Positions 26,355 through 39,947 are shown, counted from the whole stretch's first letter. The stretch: 49,935 bases of DNA, filler included, from Bipalium vagum (GCA_037834085.1; 2 parts of 2 records of this genome joined end to end with filler, not necessarily neighbours in it); one strand, 5' to 3'. Program-made: numbers and translations. The notes: generated from the sequence alone by a model not told the origin.

Positions 26355-26930
26355 TAGCTCGCAATTATTGACTCTGAATTTTATTGTCCTCCTGCTACTC
26401 TAATTCCCCACTTATAAATGAAAAGGAAAATTATCCATATCCACAAAAATTAAAAAGCATAAAATCATTTTAACATCATATATTTCAAGATAAAAGGTCA
26501 CCCAGTCGGTCGTATTTAAGAATTTAGAGATAACCCATAATAGAAATAATGTAAATAGAAATATAATAAATAAATAAACGCAGATTTTTATATCATCTTC
26601 GGTGGTTCGTCATCGCAATATAGAAATAACGATTATTTGATATAATCTTCGTAATTTGAATCGATTTTTTACCATCTTCATGAAACCCAGAACTGACTCC
26701 TTTAAGATTTCCCAGTTAGCATCCGCAAATAGGTTTTTCTTCCTCGAATTTATATCCATTTGGAGAAACAAATTCATCTGGATTTTCATAGGGTTTTAAT
26801 CATTTTTGTTTTGCAAACTTTTGACTCTGAATTCTTAAAAAACTTTTTAATTTCCCTTCATTTTTTTTACCATTTGACAATTTGATTTATTAATAATTAT
26901 CAATATTTATATAAATACACCTAAAATTTA

Positions 26931-27412
26931 AGATCTTTTACCTTTTTCCCCACGAGTGGAAAATGGAAGAGATTTTTAATGGAGTGCAAAAACGGAAAAT
27001 ATCTATTTTGACAATATTAAGTTTTATTTTGACAATATTAAGTTTTATTTTGACAAAATATTAATTGCAACAAACTTAACATTGTCAAAATAGACCTTTA
27101 CAATGTCAAAATTAAATTTGCAATGTCAAAATAGAGGTGAAAACGGTGTATATAGATATGTAAATAATTTCCATTATATACATACAAACATGTGTGATTA
27201 TTATTATAAGAAAAATCTCGAACAAATCAGTAATGGTACAACAGATATAATTGTTAATTACCTTTTTTCCAAAGGTGTTTTAAAACAGTGTTTATCATAT
27301 AAATGCTGTGCCAAGCCAATGCAATACAAGCCATATATTGGGTAGTCTAAGAAATTTCTACCGATTTTGTAACTCAAGAGGTAATTATTGAGGGGGTAAA
27401 AGTAAAAGATCC
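26931..27412 (+). mobile_element. non-autonomous Merlin derivative (same family as 4190-4919)
   Basis: TIRs agatcttttacc… / …gtaaaagatcc; TSD aaaattta / aaaatttc (7/8 match). Retains NLEQISNGTTDIIVNYLFSKGVLKQCLSYKCCAKPM. Confidence 0.82.
27001..27135. repeat. short foldback with tandem subrepeats (ttttgaca ×3 / tgtcaaaa ×3)
   Basis: 21-bp unit tattttgacaatattaagttt ×~2.5, followed by three inverted tgtcaaaat units. Confidence 0.75.
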
Positions 27413-27834
27413 AAAATTTCTATTATAATTTATGGTACATACAAGAGTTTATGAGATAATTAAAAATCAAAAATTATTTATTAATTTTTAATTATCTCAT
27501 AAGCTCTTTCAAGACAACAGCAAATATTCTCCTCTCCTGTTGTTCAGGTAGAGAGAAACAACCACATCTAAAGAAATTAATTAGTTAAAAACACTCTAAA
27601 CATGACATAGGTAAAAATTAAACTTTTTCTCGAGCAAATTAATTAAGTTTAATTATTTTTCTTTATTATTTTTATTACACGGGCAAAAAAGAACTAAATT
27701 CTTTCAAGGATAATTAATAAAACAATCATTTATTTATCATTATTATTATTATATACCTATATATTATACTTTATAGTAATTTAAACATTATTTATAATTA
27801 TTTGTATAATTATTTATACATTAATTTATACATT

Positions 27835-28195
27835 ATAGAGAGCATCTGGAAAATTATGGAAGACTTCATCTATGACAGGTGACCACTTACGTCTGTAGGT
27901 GATTTAATGGAAGGAATACGGAATGCGTTCCACTTTATCAATACGAGCAAACCAGGTATAATAATAACCGATAATAAGACCAAAGCCCACTTTAAACATT
28001 ACCCAAAAAATAAACAAAGAACTTATCAAGATAATTTTTAAAAAAATAGTTTTTCAGAGATAATAAGGGAATTGAGAGTTTATGAGACTTTTAGAGGTAG
28101 CCTCGTCTATGTAATTGTAAAAAATGGTAATCAAATAAATAATTAATTACGTGTTTCTTTTTTTCTATAAATGGCCAATAATTATGGACACCTAA
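27835..28195 (+). mobile_element. Tc1-like transposase 3' fragment
   Basis: IESIWKIMEDFIY resembles the Tc1 NPIENLW C-terminal block; a TIR-like ggccaataattatggacacc follows. Confidence 0.35.
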
Positions 28196-28373
28196 AAAAT
28201 AAATTTTATAAATTTCAGATGAAAAAGTTAACAAATATATTTTAAAAGTGCAAAAATTAACATTTAACATTTTCCGAGAAAAATATTTAAAACAAAAGTT
28301 TTCTAAATTGAAAAAATTAACATTTTCAAGGTGGTCAAAAAAATTGCTTATCCGTATATTATATATATATATA

Positions 28374-29589
28374 TAGATCGCCTATAAAGTAAGCCCGGAT
28401 TTTATTATAGTCCATCTCAATGTTAATAATTAAGATATTTATTATACATGAAAAGTTTATTGAGAATATGGAATTATAAAAAATATTCAATATGTTTGCT
28501 ATCTAGATCTCGGCACATTTCTAACCGCCTTCTAAAAGAGTTCATGGCATTTTACAGCTGCTGCGATGTTATTGCATTGATTTCTTCTGTGATTATTAAT
28601 TTTATTTTTTGGATTGTCGTTGGCTGGCGACTACAAATTTTACTTTATAGGAATCCTCAAAGCCAGAAATCTCTGGCTCCAGATCAGGAGATCTTAGAGA
28701 CCACTCATGATCAAAATGTTAAGAGCAGAAATTGTTTGATCTCTCTGCTAATATGAGGTTGGAATATTGTGTGAATATTGAAGCTCTGGAATGAAAATCT
28801 TCTGTAACATATCCAAGTACCGTTCTGAGTTAACGGTATGCTCAAAATAATAACGTGTAATTATGAACTCTGCTGAAAACCGCATCAAACCGTGACTTTA
28901 GAAGGAAAATTACCCTTAGTCATAAAATAATACGGTTTTTCTGGGGACGAGGTGATTGCTTCGTGGGTATAGACATCCCGGTCTAAAGTAAAGTAGGACT
29001 CATCGGACCATAGTATGGATGTCAGGAATTGGGAATGAGTTTCAAATTTGTCTAATATAAAATTTGCAAAAAGAAATCTTTTTCAGAGTCAGTTTCTTTT
29101 AACTCTTGAAGGATTTTAAGATGATAAGGATACTTTTTAATATTTTACAAGCTGTTGGCATGGAGATTTCAGTAGCTCTTGCTATGATACTTGATGATGC
29201 AGTTCCAAGTTTGTTTGCCGACTGTAACTGGATAGCACTTCAGTCTTTTCTCTTGACATATGTGACCTACCAGACTTGATTTCGTCAAAATTACTACCCG
29301 TTCACCAATTAGAGTACACATACAAATTTCTTGTGCTATGTTCTGTATTGTATCGCCGCAGACACTGAATTGGTGATCGGACATATTCAAAATAAAGAGC
29401 TATTAACTCAATACAAGTGTGAACATTAAAGTGATTCATTTCTAAAATAAAATAATAAAATTACTATTTATTGTCGATATTAGAATTTCATATTATGCAG
29501 CAAAAAATGAAAATAAAAATGACGTCATATTACTTTTGATAAGACAGAAATATTTAGTTGTAAGTCGGACTTACTTTATAGACGACCTG
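28374..29589 (-). mobile_element. Tc1/mariner element, rosa (DD41D)-like, decayed
   Basis: TIRs tagatcgcctataaagtaagcccg / cggacttactttatagacgacctg with TA flanks. Minus-strand motifs ILWSDESYF and EWSLRSPDL…DFWL*GFL. Confidence 0.82.
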
Positions 29590-29742
29590 TACATATATTA
29601 TTAATACTGGTATTACTTATTACTACCATTATTATTATCATTACTATTATTATTATTATTTTATCTGAATCTTAACATCTGCATTTAATATAAAATCTTT
29701 TTAACCAAAAATATTTAATTTCTATTATTTCAGACCAATGTA

Positions 29743-30954
29743 TTAGGTCTACAAATATGAAATTATTTTTTTGTATATTTGTTGTTGTTTAAATAATATT
29801 CACTTTGGGCACTAATTATAACAATATAATAATTTCTTAAGTGGTTTGCACATCATTAAATATTTACTATTTTAGATGACAACATTTGTGCCGAAAAATA
29901 ACCATTTGCGGGAAGCTTTATTATTTTTATTTAATTTAAAGAAAAATGCTGCCGAAGCATATAAATTACTAGTACAGGCTTAATGGCAACAATTCTTTAG
30001 CTGAAAGAACATGTCGGGAATGTTTCAAAAATTCAAAACGGGCAATTTTAACCTTAATGACATTGCCCACGGATATCCTCCAAAAAAATTTGAAGACCTT
30101 GATTTGCAAGACTTGTTGGACGAAGACGACTGTCAAACTCAGGTACAATTAGCTGCTTCATTGAATATTTCCCAACAAACAATCTCCAATTGTTTACACG
30201 GTTTAGGAAAGATTCTAAAGGTGGGAAAGTGGGTACCTCTTGCAATAACAGAAAGAAGCCAAGAGCAGAGAAAAACTACATGCGAAATCTTTCCTTCATT
30301 GTATAATAACTGGCGATGAAAACTGGATATATTTCTCCAATTCCAGGCGAAAAAGATCTTGGCTTGATCCAGGTCAGCTGACAAAGTCAACTCCAAAGCG
30401 CAACATTCATGGGAAAAAGTATTTTTATGCATATGGTGGGATCAAAAAGGTATCCTCTACTACCAACTTCTGAAACCTGGTGAAATCGTGACTGCCAATC
30501 GCTATCAACAGCAGTTAATGCAACTAAACGAAGAAATCGCTGCCAAACGACCAGAATGGGCTAATAGTCATGGGAAGATAATATTGCTTCATGACAACGT
30601 TCGGTGAGGCTATAAAAAATTTGAAATGGAATGTCTTACCCCACCCACCATACTCTCCAGACATTGCTCCGTCGGATTATTTATCCTTTATTCCGTTCGA
30701 TGGTACATGGTCTGTCAGAGCACAGCTTTATGACTTATGAGGATGTAAAAAAATGGCTAGATCATTGGATTGCCTCTAAATCAAATAATTTTTTCTATGA
30801 TGGCATACATAAATTGCTACAACTTTGGGAAAAGGTTGTCATGAGTGAAGGAAATTATTTTTAATAAAATCTTTTATAAATTTGCTTTGGTTGTTTTTTA
30901 TTTATTTAATTTTAAATAAGGGTAAAAACGGCGGAGTTATATCTGTAGACCTAA
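29743..30954 (+). mobile_element. mariner element, mauritiana (Mos1-like) subfamily, inactivated
   Basis: TIRs ttaggtctacaaatat / atatctgtagacctaa with TA flanks. ATG at 29876 gives MTTFVPKNNHLREALLFLFNLKKNAAEA (Mos1-like); GKWVP, ITGDENW, LLHDN, HPPYSPDIAPSDY. Confidence 0.93.
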
Positions 30955-31202
30955 TACACTAAACAGTGTTTTCTCATCTTAATCTAATCTCACCAATCTA
31001 GTTTTTATCCAATAATTATTATCCATTTTCTTATATGAAAACACGATACCTCAACATTATTCAACTATTTTTAATGTTATTCAATTTAAGAACTTTTAGA
31101 TTCAAAGTAATAATTTTTTATTAAATTATTTTATTTTCTTAATTATCTTAGTCAGGGTTTCCCGTATCTCAGGATAGAATAGTTTATTTATTTCGATTTT
31201 CC

Positions 31203-32163
31203 ATGAAAGTCCTCAAACTTATATTTTTAATAAAATTTATTTTTATAACAAATGCGGATGCCGGTGGCGTTTACCAGTCCATTGAATCTTGTTCATTCAA
31301 CCATTTTCAAATGTTCACATTGGCCAGCAAAATCCAATGTGCTCTAAAATGCGACATGGTTGACTGCAAAGCTTTCCAGTTCGATGTGGCAACCTTTGAC
31401 TGTTTTCTATACAAATTCCATGAAATATGCCAGTGCAATACGAAATGCCCAAATATCACTATATATACTAATGATAGATATAATAACAAAGTGAATATTT
31501 TTCTTTGGTAGAGATTATTGATAATTCTTTTGTATTTAGTTCCACGGAAATGAGAATAGCCCAAGATATCAACTTTTGAAAAATGTTAATTTTAAATTAA
31601 AATTAAAATTAATACCCACTTATTTACTTTTGAACAACACTCAGGCACAGCCTTTATTAAGAGACAAGAATAACTCAACCTTAATGGCCGTGGGTACCTA
31701 CGAGGGTAGTAAATTGGTTGTTTTAATAAAATCTCTGATGGGAGACTTTAAAAACGCTAAGACTTTTCATCATCCAGATATAATAAAAGATATTTTGACT
31801 TTCTTGACAAACGGAAAATGCAAAAATTTTAAGAATTGTTACAATGAAATTAAAAATCTGGATGAAATACCCATTGAAAAAAATCAGGTCGTTTATGTAT
31901 ATTTCGATGATCAATTTAATTATCAAACTTTGAAAAGTCGTATCAGAGAAAACAATTGGCATATTATTGTGGCCAGCAATTTTGGGACAAATTTAACAAA
32001 GTCTACCTTGGATTTGCTGAACTTGTTTGGAATCTGCTTGGAAGACAAAAGCAGTTCAATTAATACATTCATAAAAGAAAATATTTGTCAAGAGATCTCT
32101 ACTACCAATGATAATTTTTGTGAAAACCAAAAATATCAATTTGATACCTTCACAAAGAATTAA
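31203..32163 (+). CDS. putative secreted protein with N-terminal PAN/apple-like domain (2 exons, 303 aa)
   Basis: Exons 31203-31490 and 31540-32163, separated by a 49-nt phase-0 GT-AG intron. Hydrophobic N-terminus MKVLKLIFLIKFIFITNA; PAN-like pattern QCALKCDMVDCKAFQF…CFLY. A paralogue at 37.9 kb has the same intron position. Confidence 0.82.
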
Positions 32164-32225
32164 CCCTGGCTGTCATGAACTGCAATATAATTCTGTTACA
32201 ATAGCTTATAAAGATGATGTTATCA

Positions 32226-32355
32226 TGTTATTATTATTATTATTATTATAATTATTATTATTATTATAATTATTATTATTATTATTATTATTATTATTGT
32301 TATTGTTGTTGTTGTTATTATCATATTATTATCATCATTAATAATATTATTATTA
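32226..32355. repeat. (ATT)n/(GTT)n compound microsatellite
   Basis: Direct inspection; explains the poly-Tyr ORF 32214..32408. Confidence 0.95.
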
Positions 32356-35194
32356 ATTTAGTCGTAGATGTACTGTTTTATATATTATTTCATCATTTAA
32401 TAATTTAATTTTTCATTAATAATACACATTTCAAAGATCACTTTGAAGTTTTTCCTATCATTATTTGTTTTGTATTAAACTTTTTTTCTTTATCAAATTT
32501 AAAGTAAATCATTAAGGTCTGTGTGATATACCTTTTCTAAATTCAATGTTTGTGTCTGAAAGAGGATTTTTATAGAATATCTTTCCAAATGAATGTCTAT
32601 ACTTCAATTTTTATTTTTCTTGAATTCTTGAAGGTGTTATAAATGAAAAATAATAATTTACGAGTAAATAAATTTAAATATAATGTTGCTTTAAAACACT
32701 CTACCCTAAGAAGGATTATCAAAGGAAAATAAAAATTTTTAATGATTATAAATTTAAACAAATTAAATATTATATACTTATAAATTCTGCTTTGAAAACC
32801 AGTTAAAATCCATTAATCATTACTTTGAATAAGTGCTCAAATTTTGAAAATAATTTTAATCAGAAAATCACGTAGATGGTAAATGAAAAGATGACCAAAA
32901 GAAATTAATATTTTCCGAAATAATGATCTTGAAAGTAGAAAGGTATTCCTCTAGAAATAGAAAAAAGAAATACTGTTACATTACCAAATAAACTTTTTGC
33001 ATATATGAAACAGGATTCAATCATATATGGTGGCCACTAAAAGAATGAACGATGTAAAACAAAAATAGCTTTTACAAACACGTGTATTTTTAATATTTGA
33101 ATATTTTATTTACAGATATAAGTTATGGAGTTACTTCAAAATTATGAATGGAAAACCATAACAGTCAAATGGCAACCATTTTGCTGCGATTTGTTTATTG
33201 GAAGTTTAATGTTAAAACCGCCATTTATTTCTTTAAAATCTAATATTTCCTGTTTTCTATAAAATCCTTGCTACGTGTGAAAATGGAGAAGTTGATTAAG
33301 GAAATTAATGCTGGTTTCAAAACATGATTTACCACAATATATACAGAAGTGCAAATGGAGTGTATAAAACAACATTCGTAAAACTGGCAAAAATGTAGAC
33401 CATTTTTAATAGTAGTCACTTATCCATAGAGTATATTGTTTACGATTATGTAATACATGTCATGTACACAAAAATCCAATTACATTTATTATTAATAATT
33501 GGTACCATTTTAGAATCGTTAATATTGATGAAAGAAAAATCCAGTTATTTTATATAGCAGATGATTATTATTACAAGATAAATTAAAGAACAATTAAAAA
33601 TTTAATAATATATATTAATTGTTTTTAATTAAAAATATAAATAATATTTACTTAATTTTCCAATATTAAAATGTGAAAAATTAAAAAAAATATTGATTTA
33701 ATAAAAAAATTTCATATTTAAATTAATTAATTTTAAAGTTACTTAATAAAAGTTCTAGTACATTTGTGAAAATTAAAAAATAAAAATCTCCTGAAAACTT
33801 ACACCAGAAGCACTTTGTAACTTTATTTTTGGCATCGTGCTGGAAACCATATGTTTCAACATGATAGAATTTTATAAAACTTTCCATATGTCAATTATCC
33901 CGTGAAAAAAAATTCCTTCTAAAATACATATTATTTTAACGTAAATTAAATAAAATTATATTTTGATAACTTTGCTGAACTTTTAGAAAGATATGAAAAT
34001 ATGTTAAACCAGTATCTTTTGGAAGAATAATTTTTTGTATATTTGTTTTACAAATAAATATTGTCAAACTTCTTTGTTCTGGAAACATAATACGGATAAA
34101 GAATTAAAAATTATTAAATAAGAAAAATAAATATCCAGAAAGTATTTCTAAAAAATATACACTACCACTCAAAAGTATTGGGTGGGTACTAACAATTTTC
34201 AATATAACATGAATAGATCATATTCGTCAGGATCTACTTTTTCAAAAAAGTTTATTCAGATTTTACAATACTCTATTTATGTTCGCTTACAAATCTCTAA
34301 TGAAATTTTTAATTTTTAATTCTTCTTTGCCTTCAAATTGATTTTTATTTGCAATATTCTTAGCAGCTCTTGGAAGACCTAATCCAAAAGCTACTTTAAC
34401 TTTCATAATTAATTTTACTATTGCTCTTTCAAGTTTTTCTCTTTGATTGGATTTGGAATTTGGTTCATTTCATGTATCATTTCTACATCAGCAATATGTC
34501 TATCTTATAAATCTTTTGAAATATATATATTTTACATCAATACGATTTATTGGAATTGAATCAGGTTTTGGAATTGGAAGTATATCTAGTTTTCCAGTTT
34601 CATATATATTTGTTATGTGAATGTCTATATATAATAATCTTTATATTTGATGGCCCATTCATTTTTAGAAACATTAATAACATTTAAAGAAAGTACGAGA
34701 TGATTGACAGATAATCTGTCCAACATAAGACGTTAAATAACAAAGAAAATCATAATATAAGGTAGAGTGAAATCATTATTTTATGCTCAAAAATGTCTAA
34801 CAATAAAAAGTTATGGTTTTATTTATTAATGATTTTTTTGGCTATCCAATAATATCCTGGCACAGCAATTTGAGTTAGAGCTTTGTTTGAGCAGCTTGAT
34901 CATTGAGTGATTGTGAAAATTGTTGACATAATTAAAGGGCTGTTCTCTCAGATATAATTCAATGAAATTTTTTTGTTTTATTTTGTAAGCTCAAAAAATT
35001 AAATAATTATAAATATAAAAATAATGACGTCATAAATATCAAAAGTAATGGCTTCAAGATAAAGTAAATATAAACACTAAAACTGGTATAAATATGCAAC
35101 CAAAACTTAAATTTTTACCTTGCAAAACTTTAGGGTTTAGTTTCTTAAAACTAAAGTTAAATCTGATAAAACAAAATTTGTTTTAGTTTATTAA

Positions 35195-35477
35195 AAAGAT
35201 ATAGCTTAGTGGTCAGAGTAGTCCATGCGCATGTGAAAGGTCCTGGGTTTGAATCCAAGTATCTCCGATTAATTTTCCACTAACATAGCGACCACATCAG
35301 GACACCAACCAGCATACGAGGTCTCGTAAGTGAAAAAAGAAATGGAAGTAAGAGACTTAGTGTGGTTAAGGGCCTGTGAGCTTTAAGAAGGAATAGGATG
35401 TTACATAAATGGAAAATTAGTCGGGGAATGAAACTCCGATTAATTATTCAATTAATAATAATAATTATAATAATAAT
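35195..35477 (+). mobile_element. tRNA(Ala)-derived SINE-like element / tRNA pseudogene with structured tail
   Basis: Head 35195-35267 has A box TAGCTTAGTGG, B box GGTTTGAATCC, acceptor-like agata…tatct and an anticodon arm around CGC. A ~180-nt self-complementary body and an (AAT)n tail follow. Confidence 0.72.
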
Positions 35478-35580
35478 TCGGTTTTGAGTCGAAAAGCTCG
35501 CGACAATCCATTTCCAGTTCCTCAATATTTGCGAAGATTCTTCCATTTAAGAAATGTGCCATGGATATGGATAGATAAAA
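35478..35580 (-). mobile_element. mariner C-terminal fragment
   Basis: SMAHFLNGRIFANIEELEMDCRELFDSKP, typical of the mariner post-catalytic region. Confidence 0.65.
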
Positions 35581-37008
35581 ATCTTTTTGAAATTTTGATA
35601 AATAAAGAGATATGGGAAAATTGTGAAAGCTCAAACACTTACTTCAAACAAACTTCGAAAATTCATTCTCTGCTTGAGAAATCATTAATCGAATGGATGC
35701 GATAAATGGTTACATGACTAATGAAATTATCATTACAAAACCAAAGGTAAGTAAAGAATGGTTCTATAGATTCAAAAATTGATTTAATCTGAAATTTAAA
35801 GTTCTCTATGGAGAAGCAAATTCAATAAATGATGTTGATGTTTCAGAACATAGAAAAAAAGGTTTGAAAAAATTGATAGTAATTGACCTAGAAGTTATAC
35901 TCAATATGAATGAAACTGAACTTTTTCAAGCATCTCGTACAATAACGATTTCATCTCCTGAAAGAAAAGGAATAAAATAATCTAAAGTTAGAATAACCAT
36001 AGTTTTATGTTCCAATGCTAGTGGATCAATTAAAATTAACCCTTTGTTATTGGACATATCAAGAAATCAAGATGTTTTATAGGATTTAATGTTGCAAGAT
36101 CCTGAAATTACCAGGCAAATTTGAAAGTATGAATGACCACCGATTTGTTTAATTGTTTTATGCAGCATCCTGATGATGAACTGAGAAAAAAAAGAAATTT
36201 TATCTACTTCTTCATAACACTCCAAGTCATAGCCTGAAGAATTTTTTTCAGAACATTGAAGTTATAATGCTTCCGAAGAACTCAACTGCTCATCTTCAAC
36301 CCATTGGTGCAGGTATAAAAAGAAAATTATAGCATTATTATAGAAAAAGTTATTAGTTTATTACTTGAACTCGATTGATCAAACAAAAACATTTATTGTC
36401 AATCTAATGATACTCCATGAAGCTTGGGAAGATGTGAAAGAAGAAAACATAAAAATATTTCAAAAAAGGTTGCGATTATTCCAGGTCTTCAAGGACTTTA
36501 TGCTGAAGAAAACTTTTCATCAGACCCCGTTCTTCAGAAACACAAGAATGACCTTGACCAAATAATGATTGAGGAGGATATGATTTAAACAGAAGAATTC
36601 AATAATGATGATGAAATAATTGCACTGTGCCAAGAAGAATACACTGTTGAAGATGTTGTACTTAATGCTGAAGGTGGTCAGGTCGATGACAGTTACATAA
36701 GTCCAAGCAATTTATTTCATGCAATTGAAATTATCATCAAAGCAAGCTCTTTTTCAAACAGCTTTACTAAAAAAAATAACCAATGATACAATAAAAAGTT
36801 TAAAAGAAGTAAAGGTTTATTTACAGAAATTCATTCAAAAAACTTTACAAAAAAGCTTAGATGATTTTTATAAAAAAATGTCTTTTTCTTAATAATTTTA
36901 TCATTAATCTGGAAATTATATAGATTTTAAATTCCTTCATTATCCGAATTAATTCACAATCCGAAAGGAAATCGATTTCAAAGTTTTTGGATTAATGAGG
37001 ATTGACTG
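35580..37008 (+). mobile_element. Tigger/pogo (CENP-B-like DDE_1) transposon, decayed, 5'-truncated
   Basis: LEKSLIEW, SKEWFYRFK, LYGEA, NMNETELF, KVRITIVLCSNASGS, HNTPSH, LPKNSTAHLQP. The right end ggattaatgaggattgactg+TA is TIR-like. Confidence 0.88.
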
Positions 37009-37887
37009 TATTTAATTTAATGTATCATATGATACTATAAATTATATTTATTAACAAATTTAATTGAATATAATAAAAAATATCGAAAGTGTCCACAAAC
37101 TTATGACTCACACTAATATAATAATATGAAAATAAGGTTAATAATTGATAATAATAGTGATTGATAGTGATAGTGATAGTAATATACTTGATAATAATAG
37201 TAATAATTGATATTATATCAAAAATCCTATAACTTTTAAGTAGTCCTTTTCTAAATTAAAATTAAGCATTTTATTTAGACAACTTAAAGGATAATTAATT
37301 ATTTAGCTCAGACAAATGCGTTTGGGATGAACTGAATAATTAAAAGTTCTCGGCTTATCCATTATCTCATAGGTTGGTGAAAAGACTCTGACTCCTATAT
37401 AATGAATTATCAGAATCTCTATAAGGAAAGTGAGAATAAGTTAAAATTAAAAATTTAAATTGTGGTGAATCTGAAGATAGAATTGAATTCGGAAATTAAT
37501 TGAGGAAACCGGAAATAGAAAGTGACAATATCAAAAGCGGTTGACTATTCAGTGATTATTTGCTACGTTCTTGTAAACCAACATAATATTTTAATAACAT
37601 TTTAAATGTTCAAGTGAAAGAAATTTTTAAAAACGAATAGTTGTATTTTTAATTAATATATTAATGAAAAGTAATATTAACAAATAACTAGACTTATTTA
37701 TAAGTTTTCTAACCTTGAAAGAATAATCAGATTATTTATGATTTGAGAGCGTATAAGAAATGTTAAGTTTTTGTCTGAAGGACAGTGAATAATTATCATT
37801 TATAATGTCTGATATTAAGTCATATTATTTTGCTAAGCAAAAATAAAAGTAAATTTAATTGCTTATTAATTTTTAGATATTAAAAAA

Positions 37888-38808
37888 ATGCTTGCTTTTC
37901 TGTTTGCTTTTTTATAATCTGTACAAATGATGAAGTTTCTTTCAAAGCTACTCAATCTTGCACGTTTAAAAGCTTTCAAACATTTACGACAAAGTACAAG
38001 CTCCAGTGTGCTATGAAATGCGATTTGACGGAATGCAAGGCTTTTCAATATAACGATGAATTGTCTCTCTGCTTACTGTATACATTTCAAGAAATACGTC
38101 AGTCCAATATAAAATGTTCCAATGCCACCATTTTTGTCAATGACAGATATAATAACATAGTAAATGAATTTTTACTATTTTATGTAATATGTCTATTTAT
38201 TTTCAGTTTCATTCTGATGTTACTAATCCATGATATCAAATTCTTAAAAATGTCAACTATCAACTTCTTCACGAAGGGATTCCGACGTACACAATAAGCA
38301 GTAAAACACAGGCGAAAGTAATATTTGAAGGCAAAAACAAAACTATTTTAATGGCTCTAGGGACATACGAAAATAGCAAATTAGTGGTCATAAAAAAATC
38401 TTTAATGGACGATTTTGGAAAAGAAAAAACTTCTCAAGAAAGTGTAATAAATGATATTGTAACATTCTTGACAGACGGAATTTGTAAGAATTACACAAAT
38501 TTTTATAATTCCATAAAAAATTATGGGATTAAAGCAGGGACAAAGAATCAAGTTTTTTATGTATACAAGTTTTGTATATATGGACCAGAAGTGGAATTTC
38601 TTACATGTAAAAGCTGAGATGAAGAATAGTAGTTCGCATTTTATTGTTGCCAGTAACCTAGGGGGGAGAAGAGTGGCTACAGAGTTGATTAAGGAATTTT
38701 TAATCTTTTTGGGATTTACTTATCAAAGGAGATTAGAGATGTTAAAGAATTTGTTGAAGGAAACATTTGTCAGGACATTGATTTTATAGAAAAACCATGC
38801 AAGATATA
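37888..38808 (+). pseudogene. pseudogene paralogue of the PAN-domain gene at 31203
   Basis: QCAMKCDLTECKAFQY…NDRYNN, intron 38160-38206 at the homologous site, then MALGTYENSKLVV and FIVASNLG. Lesions: T-run frameshift at ~37910, in-frame TGA at ~38231, and frameshifts at ~38570 and ~38725. Confidence 0.85.
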
Positions 38809-39947
38809 ATTTATTTTTTCTTGAACATACAATAATAATTGGACATTAAATCATGATTTACTCTATCATTTTTATTTGAACAATTTACTCTTATATTTTC
38901 TATTTTTAATTGATTTATTCTTCATTACTTGATTGTCTTTATTACATTATTATATTATTTAGTAATTATATTATTTATCAAAATAAAAGATACCGGGTTT
39001 TTAAGATTTTATTGCTTTTATTATCTGCTAAGATCTGTTTTTATAATATGTTCGAAAATTTTCTTATTATTCTTTTAAATTTAATTAAATAATGTTTAAC
39101 CCATTATTTATATATAATCATTTTAATAATAGTAATTTAATTATTTTAAAAGTTGCACATTTTTTCAATGAAAACGCAGCTTGAATATTTCAAAAAGTAT
39201 CAAAATTAAATTTTAAATACAAACCCTTTATGGGAAGGTGACAGTACCAAATTTTCCTTAAATATAAAATCCAAAACTATTTTGTTGAGCTTCTTTAGTT
39301 TTCTTATTACTTTCATATGATTGCCAATGGTCTTGTAAGGTATTTCACGCCTTTTATTATGGAATAACTATATGAGAAAAGAATCCTCTCCTACAGGACA
39401 TCAAAGAAGTTCGTCATCAGTCAGTGGTGCATTTTTAGAATATTTTTCCAAATCGATCCATCTCTGTGTGGTTCATTCATTCATACCATGTCCAAAAAAG
39501 TATGTGGACATTGCTGATGGATGTGCTACGTTCTTTCTCAGCTAAAATTCATAAAAGCAAATACACCTTAAACAGTTTTAGAGACCGTTATATTAAGGCC
39601 TACAAAATTGCGATTACTTAAGAAAAAAACAGTGCTAAAATATTCAGAACTCTTAAATATTTATAAAATATTTAAAATCGGCACCAAATGTTTAGATTTT
39701 TTTAATCCAATCTTACTCATTAAAAGTCATTTACATAGCTAACTGAAACATATTTCAGATCACACAAAAGAATATAAATATAAAATGTATCTGAACTTTT
39801 ATAATAATTTATTATTTAATTTTATTTTATTTTTTATTTTATAATTTATTATTTATATAAATCTTTGTTAATTTTATTAAGTAGTAAGCTTTTAGAAGTC
39901 TCAACTTAAATTTAAATTTAAATTTATATATATATAATGATGGTGGT

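Noticed and set aside
32214-32408. Poly-Tyr ORF
   Set aside because: It is the translation of an (ATT)n microsatellite.
35195-35267. Functional tRNA-Ala gene
   Set aside because: The acceptor and anticodon stems have mismatches, TTC is changed to TTT in the T loop, and the sequence continues into a SINE-like body and tail.
35267-35445. Hammerhead ribozyme in the SINE body
   Set aside because: Only partial cores are present (CTGTGAG…GAAAC on +, CTGATGT…GAAA on -); there is no intact CUGANGA with properly placed stems.
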